Assembly (NCBI GenBank): GCA_045047305.1
Contig: JASFYO010000002.1
Coordinates: 1-64,000 of the forward strand
DNA length: 64,000 nt
Source of the DNA: Planctomycetota bacterium
GTDB taxonomy: Bacteria; Planctomycetota; UBA1135
Direction of reading: 5' to 3'
How positions within the stretch are numbered: the stretch's first letter is position 1; every line of letters begins with the position of its first letter. The translations under genes were made by a program, and so were the position numbers. Below the pieces are notes generated by a model. That model made no database searches and had not been told where the DNA came from. It saw only the letters and a program-made list of their open reading frames with translations. Positions 32,580 through 42,543 of this stretch are shown one piece after another.

Positions 32580-32738
32580 TTAGAGCTTCTTCTCGCGGTG
32601 TGCAGTGTGGCTACGGCAGAATCGGCAGTACTTGCTCTTTTCAAGCTTGTACTCCGCACGAGCCTTTTTATGGGTCGTGTAATTCCGGTTGCGACAGTCG
32701 GTGCACTCCAGGAAGACGTGGCGTTCTTTGTTTTTCAT
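32580..32738 (-). CDS. rpmG: 50S ribosomal protein L33 (52 aa, Zn-ribbon type, not in ORF track)
   Basis: Manual translation MKNKERHVFLECTDCRNRNYTTHKKARAEYKLEKSKYCRFCRSHTAHREKKL. Confidence 0.94.
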   Translation of the reverse strand: MKNKERHVFLECTDCRNRNYTTHKKARAEYKLEKSKYCRFCRSHTAHREKKL

Positions 32739-32758
32739 GACTGCTGAGATTGCTGATG

Positions 32759-32787
32759 CCCGCCTCGTTCAAAATAAACGAGGCGGG
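32759..32787. terminator. Stem-loop after tuf
   Basis: cccgcctcgtt/aacgaggcggg stem; no U tract on the minus strand, so termination is uncertain. Confidence 0.45.
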
Positions 32788-32804
32788 TTTACCAGCAAAG
32801 AGGT

Positions 32805-34010
32805 TTACTCGATGACTTTTGCGACCACGCCCGCGCCGACGGTACGTCCACCTTCGCGGATTGCGAAGCGGAGCTGTTCGTCCATTGCGATTGGGGTAAG
32901 CAGGGTGACGACCATCTTGACGTTATCGCCAGGCATGACCATCTCAACACCTTCTGCCAACTCAACCGTTCCGGTTACGTCGGTGGTGCGGAAGTAGAAC
33001 TGAGGGCGGTAACCCGCGAAGAATGGCTTGTGACGGCCACCCTCTTCTTTGGTCAAAATGTAGACCTCAGACTCGAACTTGGTGTGTGGAGTGATCGAAC
33101 CTGGCTTGGCCAAAACCTGACCGCGCTCGACGTCTTCCTTCTTCACACCGCGCAGAAGACAACCCACGTTGTCACCAGCCTGGCCTTCGCTCATGGTCTT
33201 CTGGAACATCTCAACACCAGTACAAGTGGTCTTGGCGGTTTCCTTCACACCAACGATTTCGATTTCCTCACCAGTTTTGATGGTGCCTTGCTCGATTTTG
33301 CCGGTCACAACCGTGCCGCGGCCTTCAATCGAGAACACATCCTCTACTGGCATAAGGAAAGGCTTGTCCAAGTCTCGCTCAGGGATTGGGATATCGTTAT
33401 CCACTGCATCCATGAGTTCCTTGAGGCATGCCATGTCTGGATCGTCCATAGGCTTACCAGCAATCACAGCCTCCAAACCCTTAAGGGCGGAACCGCGGAT
33501 AATGCTGATGTCGTCGCCCGGGAAGTCGTACTCGTCTAGGAGTTCACGAACCTCCATCTCGACCAAGTCAAGGAGCTCTTCGTCGTCGACCATGTCACAC
33601 TTGTTCATGAACACAACGAGGCTTGGCACGTTCACCTGCTTGGCAAGAAGAATGTGCTCACGAGTTTGAGGCATAGGGCCATCGTTCGCGGACACCACGA
33701 GGATGCCACCGTCCATCTGCGCAGCACCGGTAATCATGTTCTTCACATAATCAGCGTGCCCTGGACAGTCAACGTGTGCGTAGTGACGAGTTTCGGTTTC
33801 GTACTCAACGTGAGCAGTCGAAATCGTGATACCTCGGGCCTTCTCTTCAGGGGCCTTGTCAATCTCATCAAAGGCCATGGCTTTACCACCGGTGGCCAGC
33901 GAGAGATAACCAGTGATTGCAGCGGTCAACGTGGTTTTACCGTGGTCAACGTGACCAATGGTACCTACGTTGACGTGCGGCTTCGTGCGTTCGAAGACTT
34001 CCTTTGCCAT
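32805..34010 (-). CDS. tuf: Elongation factor Tu
   Basis: [41 protein letters not shown]. Confidence 0.98.
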   Translation of the reverse strand: MAKEVFERTKPHVNVGTIGHVDHGKTTLTAAITGYLSLATGGKAMAFDEIDKAPEEKARGITISTAHVEYETETRHYAHVDCPGHADYVKNMITGAAQMDGGILVVSANDGPMPQTREHILLAKQVNVPSLVVFMNKCDMVDDEELLDLVEMEVRELLDEYDFPGDDISIIRGSALKGLEAVIAGKPMDDPDMACLKELMDAVDNDIPIPERDLDKPFLMPVEDVFSIEGRGTVVTGKIEQGTIKTGEEIEIVGVKETAKTTCTGVEMFQKTMSEGQAGDNVGCLLRGVKKEDVERGQVLAKPGSITPHTKFESEVYILTKEEGGRHKPFFAGYRPQFYFRTTDVTGTVELAEGVEMVMPGDNVKMVVTLLTPIAMDEQLRFAIREGGRTVGAGVVAKVIE

Positions 34011-34091
34011 GGTCTTGTGGGTCCGCTATGCGGGGATTCTGAGTGTTTAAGTGTTTCCGCGTTTCGATTGAAACGCAGTGATTTGAGGATG

Positions 34092-34166
<75 letters not shown>

Positions 34167-34244
34167 CGGTTTCCGCGTCGAGCAAGGGGCTCGTAAAACG
34201 CGAAAAAGATCAGGGTGGGGTGCGACCAAAAAGCTGTGACTCAG

Positions 34245-34318
<74 letters not shown>

Positions 34319-34375
34319 CGATGGTCACCGAATCCTGCTTGCTATGAAGATAGGCAGGAAAAGCATGGTTTGGTC

Positions 34376-34460
34376 TGGTGGGAAGGAGAGGATTCGAACC
34401 TCTGAAGGCGGAGCCATTGGATTTACAATCCAACCCTGTTGGCCACTTAGGTACCTTCCC
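34376..34460 (-). tRNA. tRNA-Tyr(GTA)
   Basis: GGGAAGGTACC...TT-GTA-AA, long variable arm, GGTTCGAATCC, CCA. Confidence 0.94.
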
Positions 34461-34550
34461 GTGAAGCCCGAAAGCTTCAACCCTGAAATCGTGATGTGAA
34501 TGAGCGGCCCTTTAGACCATTTGACCCACGGACCCTGGTCAGAGGGCCGA

Positions 34551-34626
34551 TGGAGCTAGCGAAGGGACTTGAACCCTTGACCGTCCGCTTACAAAGCGGA
34601 AGCTCTACCAACTGAGCTACGCTAGC
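34551..34626 (-). tRNA. tRNA-Thr(TGT)
   Basis: GCTAGCGTAGCTCAGTTGG...TT-TGT-AA...GGTTCAAGTCC...CCA. Confidence 0.95.
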
Positions 34627-34655
34627 AGTCGCCGGAGCGTGGAAAAGGGCAGAAC

Positions 34656-34683
34656 ATGATAAGTCCGGCGCTTCTCCCGTCAA
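34656..34683 (-). promoter_or_regulatory. Sigma70-type promoter of the tRNA-tuf operon
   Basis: TTGACG-N16-TATCAT about 30 nt upstream of tRNA-Thr(TGT). Confidence 0.7.
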
Positions 34684-34767
34684 CTAAAGAACCTACGAAA
34701 ATCAGGCCTATGGCTAATTAAAGCCCCCCTCGATTCTCGAATGGTCCCTTCGCGGTGGAAGGGGGCG

Positions 34768-35886
34768 CTAGTCTAGCCCCGCGACGTCGCTGGGCCAATC
34801 CTGTGGGCACTCGTTTTTTCCTAAATTCTCAATTCTTTGCCGCATTTCACGAATTGAGACTCCGCCGAGACGCGCGCAAAGAGATCCGGCGATTTCCAGG
34901 CACATCATGGCTTCACCAACCACCGAAGCTGGCTCCACCACCGCAACATCGCTGCGCTCGTAAGTTGCCCGCGAAGCCTCCATCTGGTCAAGATTCACCG
35001 ATTCCAGGCCTTTTCGCAAAGTGGGGATGGGCTTAATGGATGCCTGCACCACTACATCTTGGCCATTGGTCAAGCCACCTTCGATGCCACCCGCATGGTT
35101 AGAAATGCGACCGATTCCAGCCCATCCGCCCTCCTGCAACACAATCGGGTCGTGGTATGAGCTTCCAGGGATTGATCCAGCCTGCTCCCCCCAACCAATC
35201 GAGACGGCTTTGACCGCCGGGATGGAAGCCATCGCTGCCATCAGGCGTGCGTCTAGGCGGTCAACCGCCTGAAAGAAGCCTCCTAAACCCGGGGGGCAGC
35301 CTTTTGCGGTCACTTGAAAGGAGCCGCCAAGCGAATCTCCATCTTCACGAGCCTGATCAACCACTGCCTGCCATTGCTTGGTTTCTGCAAAGGGCACGCC
35401 ACCGATTTGCAACACCTGACTCGTCACCTGAATGCCGAACTTGGCGAGCAGCTGGCGACAAACCTCCCCTAGCGCTGTCCTGGCGGCTGTTTCACGGGCA
35501 GAAGCCCGTTCCAGTTGAGCGCGGATATCGCGGGTCTTGAGACGCAGCGCCCCTGCCAAATCTGCATGCCCCGGTCGCGGCGCCTTCAAGTCGGGCAACG
35601 CATCAATGCGGGTATCTGCATTTCCCAATTGGATGACCAAGGGTGACCCCATCGTTACGCCACGTTTTAACCCAGCCAGCACTGCGAGTTCATCCTTTTC
35701 AAAACCTGCGCGCAAACCACGCCCATACCCCTCCCAGCGACGCTTGAGCCCGGAACGAATCGCGTCTAAATCTATCTTCAAGCCCGCCGGCAACCCTTCG
35801 AGTTGCGCAATCAAGCATGGACCATGCGATTCGCCGGCAGTGCTCCAAGTGAGTCCTTGCAAGCCAGGGGTCGGGCGAGCACTCAC
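34768..35886 (-). CDS. aroC: Chorismate synthase
   Basis: TAGESHG, PRPGHAD, ERASARETAAR, SNHAGGIEGG..NG, KPIPTL. Confidence 0.95.
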   Translation of the reverse strand: MSARPTPGLQGLTWSTAGESHGPCLIAQLEGLPAGLKIDLDAIRSGLKRRWEGYGRGLRAGFEKDELAVLAGLKRGVTMGSPLVIQLGNADTRIDALPDLKAPRPGHADLAGALRLKTRDIRAQLERASARETAARTALGEVCRQLLAKFGIQVTSQVLQIGGVPFAETKQWQAVVDQAREDGDSLGGSFQVTAKGCPPGLGGFFQAVDRLDARLMAAMASIPAVKAVSIGWGEQAGSIPGSSYHDPIVLQEGGWAGIGRISNHAGGIEGGLTNGQDVVVQASIKPIPTLRKGLESVNLDQMEASRATYERSDVAVVEPASVVGEAMMCLEIAGSLCARLGGVSIREMRQRIENLGKNECPQDWPSDVAGLD

Positions 35887-36272
35887 GCCTCTTGCTCCTT
35901 CAGTTCTTCGGGGAACGCAGCGGCTTTCACCGTGGCCACCAAATCAAGAATGGAAAACGGCTTCGCAATCGTTCCTTGGTAAGCAGAAATAAGCTCAAGT
36001 GGGTTGACGTCGGCCTCGTCTGGGGTGCCGGTAACCAGCCAGAAAGGTGGCATTGAGGTGGTTTCGTTCCATTTCGCCAAAACCATGGCTCCGGATTCCC
36101 CCGCACCTAGGTGGTAGTCCATCAGCAGACCGGCGCATTCGCCGCTGTGCAAAAACGCGGTTGCTTCGCTGACCGTATCTGTAGTCCAAGTTTCAATCGC
36201 ATGGTGACGAAAGGCCATCGCCATGAGATTGCACATGCCGGGGTCGTTATCGACGATGAGTATTTTTTTCAA
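35883..36272 (-). CDS. Single-domain response regulator (receiver only)
   Basis: KILIVDND, LLMD phospho-Asp, VTG, KPF. Confidence 0.88.
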   Translation of the reverse strand: MKKILIVDNDPGMCNLMAMAFRHHAIETWTTDTVSEATAFLHSGECAGLLMDYHLGAGESGAMVLAKWNETTSMPPFWLVTGTPDEADVNPLELISAYQGTIAKPFSILDLVATVKAAAFPEELKEQEA

Positions 36273-38368
36273 GAGGCCTCTCCAGAAGGCGGTGTCACCC
36301 AGGTGAGTTCGCGGAATGGGAGCACCATCTCCATGACACCATGACGCACTGTAACTTGCTGCCGCTTACGGTTCACCTTCAACACCGGCAAACGTTCCTG
36401 CAACTTCGGAACATAGACATAGCTGCCTTTCTTCACCGAACGCAGAAACTCCTCAAAACGGCGATTGAGTGGGTCGTTCTGCACTAAAGCGTTCACTTCC
36501 TGCAAGAATTCTTGCAACTGCTGACGCTCCGCACCACCCAAACGGGCAGCCAATTCCTTCTCTAGGCGTTGCATCAGTTGCTCTAAATAACGAGCATGAT
36601 CCTGAAAATGACGTTCCGCCTCCGACTCCCGCAACTCCATGCGATGTTTAGAGCTTGCCTCTTCCGTCGCCAACTGACGTGAGCGCTCCTGCACTTTCAA
36701 TTCTTCCTCTCCGGCCGATTCACGCAAGATCTCAGCTTCACGCCGCACCCGTCCGACATCGGCGAGCAATTGCTCGGCACCATCACCCCGACTCACCAAC
36801 TGACGCGCACGTTCCAACAACTCCAACTCGAGCCCCAAACGCTCGGCCACCTCCACCGCATGGCTGGCTCCAGGAACTCCAATCAGCAATCGGTAAAGCG
36901 GTGCCAAGGTGAGCGGATCGAATTCCATCGATGCGTTTTCAGCGCGCGGCCGATCCAGGCTAAACACCTTGAGGCTACCGAGGTGGGTACTCGCCATAAT
37001 CCATGCGCCGCGGTCCTGCAAGGACTCCAAAACCGCCTGACCAAGCGCCGCGCCTTCTTCTGGATCGGTACCAGTCCCGAGTTCATCGAGCAAAACCAAA
37101 ACTCCAGGCTGAGCGGCTTCAAGGATACGCTGAGTGCGTTTAAGGTGCCCGGAAAAGGTTGAAAGGCTATTTTCAAGCGATTGCGCATCGCCGATGTCGG
37201 CCAGAATCGCGGTAAATGGCGGAATCTCCGTGCCGTTGGCTGCAGAGATCGGTAGCCCTCGATTGGACATCCAAGCCAGCAGACCCACCGTTTTCAACAC
37301 TAGGGTTTTACCGCCGGTGTTAGGACCAGTGACGACCAATAAATCGAAAGCACTACCCAGCTGCAAGGTGAGCGGCACCACTTCCTCGGCCCCCATCTGA
37401 CGTACCAACAAGGGGTGGCGCGCATCGAACAAACGCATGCCACGGTCGAGCTCGACGTCGAGGGCGTAGGTGGCGGCGGCGAGCTTCGACCATTTGGCCG
37501 TTGCGAGCGCGACATCGACCTGACTCAAGCTCTCCTGCACCAATTGCAGCTCTGGCTCCGCGCGCAAAACAGCCACGCATATATCGCGCAACACTTGATC
37601 CACAATGCGGCGTTCGCGGAAGGCCGCTTCGGCGATGCGGTTGGAAAGCTCGAGCACCGAACTCGGCTCGACAAAAAGGGTGTCGCCACTTTGCGAGCGA
37701 TCATGCACCACCCCTCCTTGGCGATTCACCGAAGTTGCGCGTACCGCCAACAGCAAACGATCTCCGCGCTGGACTGGCTGGCGCTGGCGCAACATGCCTT
37801 TCTGAAACATGCCTTCCGCGATTTCTTCCATCCGCGCGTTACGCTTCTTCTCCAAAGTTCGCATGAGCTTGCGCACATCAGGGAGAGCAGGATCGGCTTC
37901 ATCTAAGACCTTGCCACGGGCGTCGACCGACTTACGAATGAGTGCACGAAGGTCATCGAGAACGGGTGCCGCCAGAATGACGGCACCAAGCTCCGGGCAC
38001 TGCGGATGTTGTGCTGCCCAGCGCCTCAGATCATTGATGCGCCCTACCGTTTCCGCGATACCAAGTAGCTCCAGGCCATCTAATGTGCGCTTTCGGGCCG
38101 CTCCAGCCAACCCCACTACATCGGAGCACCGCGCGAGGGAAGGTGCATACTCCGCATTTTCGGCGGCCACCGCTTCGATGCCACGCAGGCGACGAGCAGC
38201 CGCGATGAAAGGTGCATTTTCGTGAAGCAGAGCCAGCACATGCTGACGTCCGCCTAAGGTAGCTGCGGACTCGGCAATCCAGGAAAGGATCTCGGCGCAT
38301 TCAAGCGCCTCTTGAGCATCGGCCACAGCTGGGTCGACGGAATTGGAAATCGTTTCGAAAGATGACAT
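36269..38368 (-). CDS. mutS2: MutS2-family ATPase (no Smr domain)
   Basis: TGPNTGGKT, DIGD.QS...SLSTFSGH, LLDELG.GTDP.EG, GVPG.S.A; coiled coil and KOW-like C-terminus. Confidence 0.9.
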   Translation of the reverse strand: MSSFETISNSVDPAVADAQEALECAEILSWIAESAATLGGRQHVLALLHENAPFIAAARRLRGIEAVAAENAEYAPSLARCSDVVGLAGAARKRTLDGLELLGIAETVGRINDLRRWAAQHPQCPELGAVILAAPVLDDLRALIRKSVDARGKVLDEADPALPDVRKLMRTLEKKRNARMEEIAEGMFQKGMLRQRQPVQRGDRLLLAVRATSVNRQGGVVHDRSQSGDTLFVEPSSVLELSNRIAEAAFRERRIVDQVLRDICVAVLRAEPELQLVQESLSQVDVALATAKWSKLAAATYALDVELDRGMRLFDARHPLLVRQMGAEEVVPLTLQLGSAFDLLVVTGPNTGGKTLVLKTVGLLAWMSNRGLPISAANGTEIPPFTAILADIGDAQSLENSLSTFSGHLKRTQRILEAAQPGVLVLLDELGTGTDPEEGAALGQAVLESLQDRGAWIMASTHLGSLKVFSLDRPRAENASMEFDPLTLAPLYRLLIGVPGASHAVEVAERLGLELELLERARQLVSRGDGAEQLLADVGRVRREAEILRESAGEEELKVQERSRQLATEEASSKHRMELRESEAERHFQDHARYLEQLMQRLEKELAARLGGAERQQLQEFLQEVNALVQNDPLNRRFEEFLRSVKKGSYVYVPKLQERLPVLKVNRKRQQVTVRHGVMEMVLPFRELTWVTPPSGEAS

Positions 38369-38418
38369 GAAAGTCAGAGGTTTGTTCGCTAGTATGACTC
38401 AAGATGGAGACTTCCTTG

Positions 38419-39804
38419 ATGAGCAACAAATCCGGCATCTGCGACACCATTCTAGACGCGATTGGCAGCACGCCTATGGTGCGTTTGCCGCGTAATTTTG
38501 ATCCCAGAATCAAATGCGAGGTGCTGGTGAAGCTGGATTACATGAATCCTGGCGGCAGCATGAAGGATCGCATTGCGCTTCACATGGTGCGCCAAGCCGA
38601 AAAGCGTGGCGAACTGAAGCCGGGCGGCCGGATTGTGGAGTGCAGCTCGGGCAATACAGGAGCTGGCTTATGCATTGTGGCTGCCGCTCTGGGCTACGAC
38701 ATCACCATTGTGATTCCGGACAAAATGAGTTCTGAAAAAATCAGTGCCCTGCGCGCGCTTGGGGCCGATGTGGTGGTCACCCCATGCAACGTGGATATTG
38801 AAGACCCCATGCACTACACCAAAGTTGCAGGCCGTATTGCAGATGAGACGCCTGGTTCCTGGTGGCCCGATCAATATCACAACAGCGACAACACCGATGC
38901 CCACTACTACTCCACAGGTCCAGAGATTTGGGAACAGTGTGGAGGCAAAATTGACTATTTTGTGGCCGGCGCGGGTACCGGCGGCACGATTAGTGGCATC
39001 GCGCGTTATCTAAAAGAGCAGGACCCGAACATCAAGATTGTTGGAGTCGACCCACCTGGCTCTATTCTTGCCCATTTTTGGAAGACCGGAGAGATCTGCG
39101 AGTCCGGCCCTTATGCGGTCGAAGGCGTCGGCGAAGAAGAGGTGCCACGTGCCTGGGATCCGAGCGTCATCGATGATTACAAAGTCATTACCGATGCCGA
39201 CAGTTTTGCCATGGCACGTAAAGTCGCCTCGACCACGGGCATGTTCCCTGGCGGCTCCGGTGGCATGAACATGGCCGCGGTTTTGGAAGTAGCGCGTGGC
39301 TTGCCTGCCGATGCTCGCGTCGTGACCTTGTTGCCAGATTACGGCAAGGCCTATCTCAGTAAGGTGTATTCCGTCGATTGGCTGCGCGACTGTGGTTACC
39401 TACCTCAAGTACCGGCCACCAGCGCAACCGTGGCGGACTTAGTCCATGAAAACAACCGCGCCCGCGTTTACGACGACGAGACCTTAGCCTGGGCCATCCG
39501 GCAAGCCGGAGAACGTGGGGTACGCCCATTGGCCATCATCGCCCGCGACGGCGAAGCTTTGCTCGGCATCTTAGATGAAGACAAAACAATTGGTGTACTT
39601 AGTGAGGATGCAGATCTTGACTCCCTCAAGGCTGGCGACTTTGTCACCACAGCCCCTGCAGTTCTGGAGCTAAGCCAACCGTGGAAGGACGCGGTGGACG
39701 CCCTCGCCAACCACGAGGCGGTTTTGGTGAAAATGGAAGATGACGGCTATGCTTGTTTTAGTCGGCAGGAACTGATGCAGGGCTTGAAGCGACTAAGTCA
39801 TTAG
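38419..39804 (+). CDS. Cystathionine beta-synthase / cysteine synthase family PLP enzyme with C-terminal CBS-like pair
   Basis: NPGGSMKDR PLP lysine, SSGNTG, GAGTGGT, YLSKVY..DWL; ~130-aa C-terminal extension; start 38419 or 38404. Confidence 0.88.
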   Translation: MSNKSGICDTILDAIGSTPMVRLPRNFDPRIKCEVLVKLDYMNPGGSMKDRIALHMVRQAEKRGELKPGGRIVECSSGNTGAGLCIVAAALGYDITIVIPDKMSSEKISALRALGADVVVTPCNVDIEDPMHYTKVAGRIADETPGSWWPDQYHNSDNTDAHYYSTGPEIWEQCGGKIDYFVAGAGTGGTISGIARYLKEQDPNIKIVGVDPPGSILAHFWKTGEICESGPYAVEGVGEEEVPRAWDPSVIDDYKVITDADSFAMARKVASTTGMFPGGSGGMNMAAVLEVARGLPADARVVTLLPDYGKAYLSKVYSVDWLRDCGYLPQVPATSATVADLVHENNRARVYDDETLAWAIRQAGERGVRPLAIIARDGEALLGILDEDKTIGVLSEDADLDSLKAGDFVTTAPAVLELSQPWKDAVDALANHEAVLVKMEDDGYACFSRQELMQGLKRLSH

Positions 39805-39821
39805 CACTTTGTTCCGAAAAC

Positions 39822-39860
39822 GCCTTAGCCGATTCCAACCCTTTGCGAATCGGCTAAGGC
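39822..39860. terminator. 14-bp perfect hairpin downstream of the CBS gene
   Basis: gccttagccgattc/gaatcggctaaggc; short T run on the minus-strand side. Confidence 0.65.
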
Positions 39861-39873
39861 ACCATTCCAAAAG

Positions 39874-40411
39874 TTACGGCCAATTAGGCTGCTGGACATG
39901 CCAGCTGGAGCAGCAACAGAAGCCGATGCCTGCCCACTGGCATGGAGTACGCCTTAAAGGTTTACGTACCCTATGAAGGGGTAAATCCCCATGTAGGACT
40001 CCATCATAAGCATGTCTCGAGTTAATGGGATAGGCACAGCAAAAACCACTGGCCCGATTCCAGTTGCAGACAAGTAAGGGTTGAAGCCCCAAAGACCCAC
40101 CACTCCGAAACGGAAAATACTAATTGGCGTGGCGGAAGGAGTGCCAATCAAAAACTCGGGGAACCCATCGCCATGGAAATCGCCTAGCCTTGAAACGTCA
40201 GCGAAATAATTAGGGTTATCTTCGTCGCGAAAATTTTGTAGCGGTAAACCAGTGGGGCCGACATAAAGCTGGCTGGACGGCTGGCTAAGCTGAGGGATGT
40301 GATGAAATAGTCCATGCTGCCGTCGCCAACCTGAGCGGAGAGCGGGACTGCGAGCGGGAATACATTGATAAACCTGAATGTTTGCCAGATGCAACCTTTC
40401 ACGTCTAGCAC
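39874..40411 (-). pseudogene. Degraded remnant of an FG-GAP repeat protein
   Basis: LGDFHGDGFPEFLIGTP in one frame and VGDGSMDYFIT in another; short, frame-shifted ORFs. Confidence 0.5.
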
Positions 40412-40466
40412 AGAATCAAATTTTCAAGTCATGACAGGGCGATTGCCGCATCCCTACAATCTCCCC

Positions 40467-41627
40467 ATGTCCGACTCCAAAAACCATGGATTCGGCACCC
40501 AAGCGGTTCACGCCGGCTGGGTGCCTGAAGAGAAAACCGGCGCAGTGATGCCGCCGATTTACATGACCAGCACTTATGTGCAAGATGCCCCTGGGCAGCC
40601 ACGTGAGGGCTTTGAATATTCACGCACGCAGAATATTACGCGATTCGCGCTGCAGGATGCTTTAGCCCAGCTCGAAGGTGGTGCTGCAGGTTTCACATTT
40701 ACTTCCGGCATGGCAGCCATCACCACTCTGCTGCTGACTTTGAAACCTGGTGATCGCATTGTTTGTGGCGACGATTTATATGGCGGCACCTACCGCCTGT
40801 TCACCAAGATTGGTGCGCGTTTCGGCCTAGTGTTTGACTTTGTCGACACCAGCGATCCTGCTACTTTCGACAACCTGCCACAAGACACGCGCCTGCTGTA
40901 TTTGGAAACACCATCCAATCCACTGCTGAAACTCGTGCCACTCGAAATCGCGATTGCTGCCGCGCATCGTGTAGGCGCCGAGGTTTCGGTGGACAACACT
41001 TTTGCTACGCCTTGCTTGCAGCAGCCGCTTAGGATGGGGGCAGATTATGTGATTCACTCCACCACCAAGTACGTTGCGGGGCACTCCGATGTCGTAGGCG
41101 GTGCACTGATTGTGCGTGAAGAAAAGCTGAAGGAAGATATCTGGTTCCATCAGAACTCCGCTGGCACAGTGAACTCCCCCTTCGATGCCTTCCTCACTTT
41201 GCGTGGCTTGCGCACCTTGGAGATCCGCATGGAACGCCATTGCAAGAACGCATTGCAAGTTGCGACCTATCTTGAAGCCCATCCAAAAGTTTCCAAGGTC
41301 ATCTATCCTGGCCTTCCAAGCCATCCGCAATACGACGTCGCGCAGAAACAAATGTCTGCTGGCGGCGGCATGGTTTGCTTTGAAGCCAAAGCCAGTGCCG
41401 AACAAGCCGCTCAGTTAGTGAAAGACCTCAAGATCTTCGCGCTCGCCGAATCACTCGGTGGTGTTGAATCCTTGGTCGAACTTCCAGCGCCGATGACCCA
41501 CGCATCTATCCCGGCAGAAACACGCGCAGCTCTCGGCATTACCGACGGCTTGGTACGACTGTCAGTCGGCATCGAGAACGGCAACGATTTAGTCGCCGAT
41601 CTCAATCAAGCTCTGGCGAATATTTAG
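40467..41627 (+). CDS. Cystathionine gamma-lyase/gamma-synthase (Cys/Met metabolism PLP enzyme)
   Basis: PPIY.TSTY, EYSR..N, ETPSNP, VDNTFA, HSTTKY..GHSD, AESLGGVESL; start at MSDSK 40467. Confidence 0.93.
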   Translation: MSDSKNHGFGTQAVHAGWVPEEKTGAVMPPIYMTSTYVQDAPGQPREGFEYSRTQNITRFALQDALAQLEGGAAGFTFTSGMAAITTLLLTLKPGDRIVCGDDLYGGTYRLFTKIGARFGLVFDFVDTSDPATFDNLPQDTRLLYLETPSNPLLKLVPLEIAIAAAHRVGAEVSVDNTFATPCLQQPLRMGADYVIHSTTKYVAGHSDVVGGALIVREEKLKEDIWFHQNSAGTVNSPFDAFLTLRGLRTLEIRMERHCKNALQVATYLEAHPKVSKVIYPGLPSHPQYDVAQKQMSAGGGMVCFEAKASAEQAAQLVKDLKIFALAESLGGVESLVELPAPMTHASIPAETRAALGITDGLVRLSVGIENGNDLVADLNQALANI

Positions 41628-41628
41628 G

Positions 41629-42006
41629 TTAAATAGAGCTCGGTGGATGCATTCCACCGGGCTCACTGCCCAACATTGGGGCTGGAGAGGGCGCAGCAAC
41701 CGGAGCCGCTCCGTCTTCCACGCGCTTACGCATCACATTGCCGACCTTGAACTTCACGACGCGTTTAGGTGGCACCGGAACCTTCTCCAAGGTTTTCGGG
41801 TTTTGCGCCATGCGTCCAGGACGATGGCGTACTTCAAATACGCCGAACTTCCTAAATTCCAAACGGTTACCGCGAACCAACTCATTCGCCACTTCATCTA
41901 AGAAGCGCTGGATGATGTCGCGAACCAAGACCTTTGTTTGGCCGGTGGAATCAGAAATGCGCTGAACGAGGTCGCGCTTGGTGACAGTGTGGGTATCGGG
42001 TTCCAT
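41629..42006 (-). CDS. HU/IHF family DNA-binding protein with Pro-rich tail
   Basis: TKRDLV, FGVFEV..R..R.AQNPKT, VKFK.G. Confidence 0.92.
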   Translation of the reverse strand: MEPDTHTVTKRDLVQRISDSTGQTKVLVRDIIQRFLDEVANELVRGNRLEFRKFGVFEVRHRPGRMAQNPKTLEKVPVPPKRVVKFKVGNVMRKRVEDGAAPVAAPSPAPMLGSEPGGMHPPSSI

Positions 42007-42097
42007 CTTAAATGGGTGCGCCAGACAGTTTGTCTGCATTGACCTTACTCCTTTCTAGCTCAGGAGTTGGAGAGTTTTCCCCAAGTATTTGAGAAAA

Positions 42098-42538
42098 CTA
42101 CTCGATTTCAAGCAAATACGTCGCCGGTCCGACGTTGGTGGCGCTCACTCTCATATGCGCCCCAAATACGCCAGACTCAACCCTAAATCCTTTATTTTCA
42201 AGGGTTTGCCGTACTTCTTCAAGCAGTATTCGAGCCTCTGCCGGAGCCAATGCCGTGGTGAAGGAAGGCCGGTTGCCACGCTGTAGATCTGCAGCCAAAG
42301 TGAATTGAGAAATGAGCAAAATACTGCCTTCTACGGAGCTTAGGTCCAAATTGGTCTTGCCATCGGCATCCTCAAAAATCCTCAGCTTGGCCAATCGCCG
42401 AGCCATTTTGACCGCGATTGCGGAAACATCGCCCGTTTCACAACCGAGGTAAATCAGGAATCCGAGGCCGATTTGCCCGACCACTTCCCCCTCGACCACC
42501 ACTTCGGCGTGGTCTACGCGCTGCACTATTGCTTTCAC
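42098..42538 (-). CDS. dtd: D-aminoacyl-tRNA deacylase
   Basis: MKAIVQRV, SQFTL, GNRPSF, FGA.M.V...N.GP. Confidence 0.95.
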   Translation of the reverse strand: MKAIVQRVDHAEVVVEGEVVGQIGLGFLIYLGCETGDVSAIAVKMARRLAKLRIFEDADGKTNLDLSSVEGSILLISQFTLAADLQRGNRPSFTTALAPAEARILLEEVRQTLENKGFRVESGVFGAHMRVSATNVGPATYLLEIE

Positions 42539-42543
42539 TGGCC

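Noticed and set aside
39954..40394. 146-aa ORF as an intact gene
   Set aside because: Only a partial FG-GAP motif, with related fragments in other frames; treated as a remnant
40365..40466. N-terminal extension of the cystathionine gamma-lyase
   Set aside because: Family similarity begins at MSDSK (40467)
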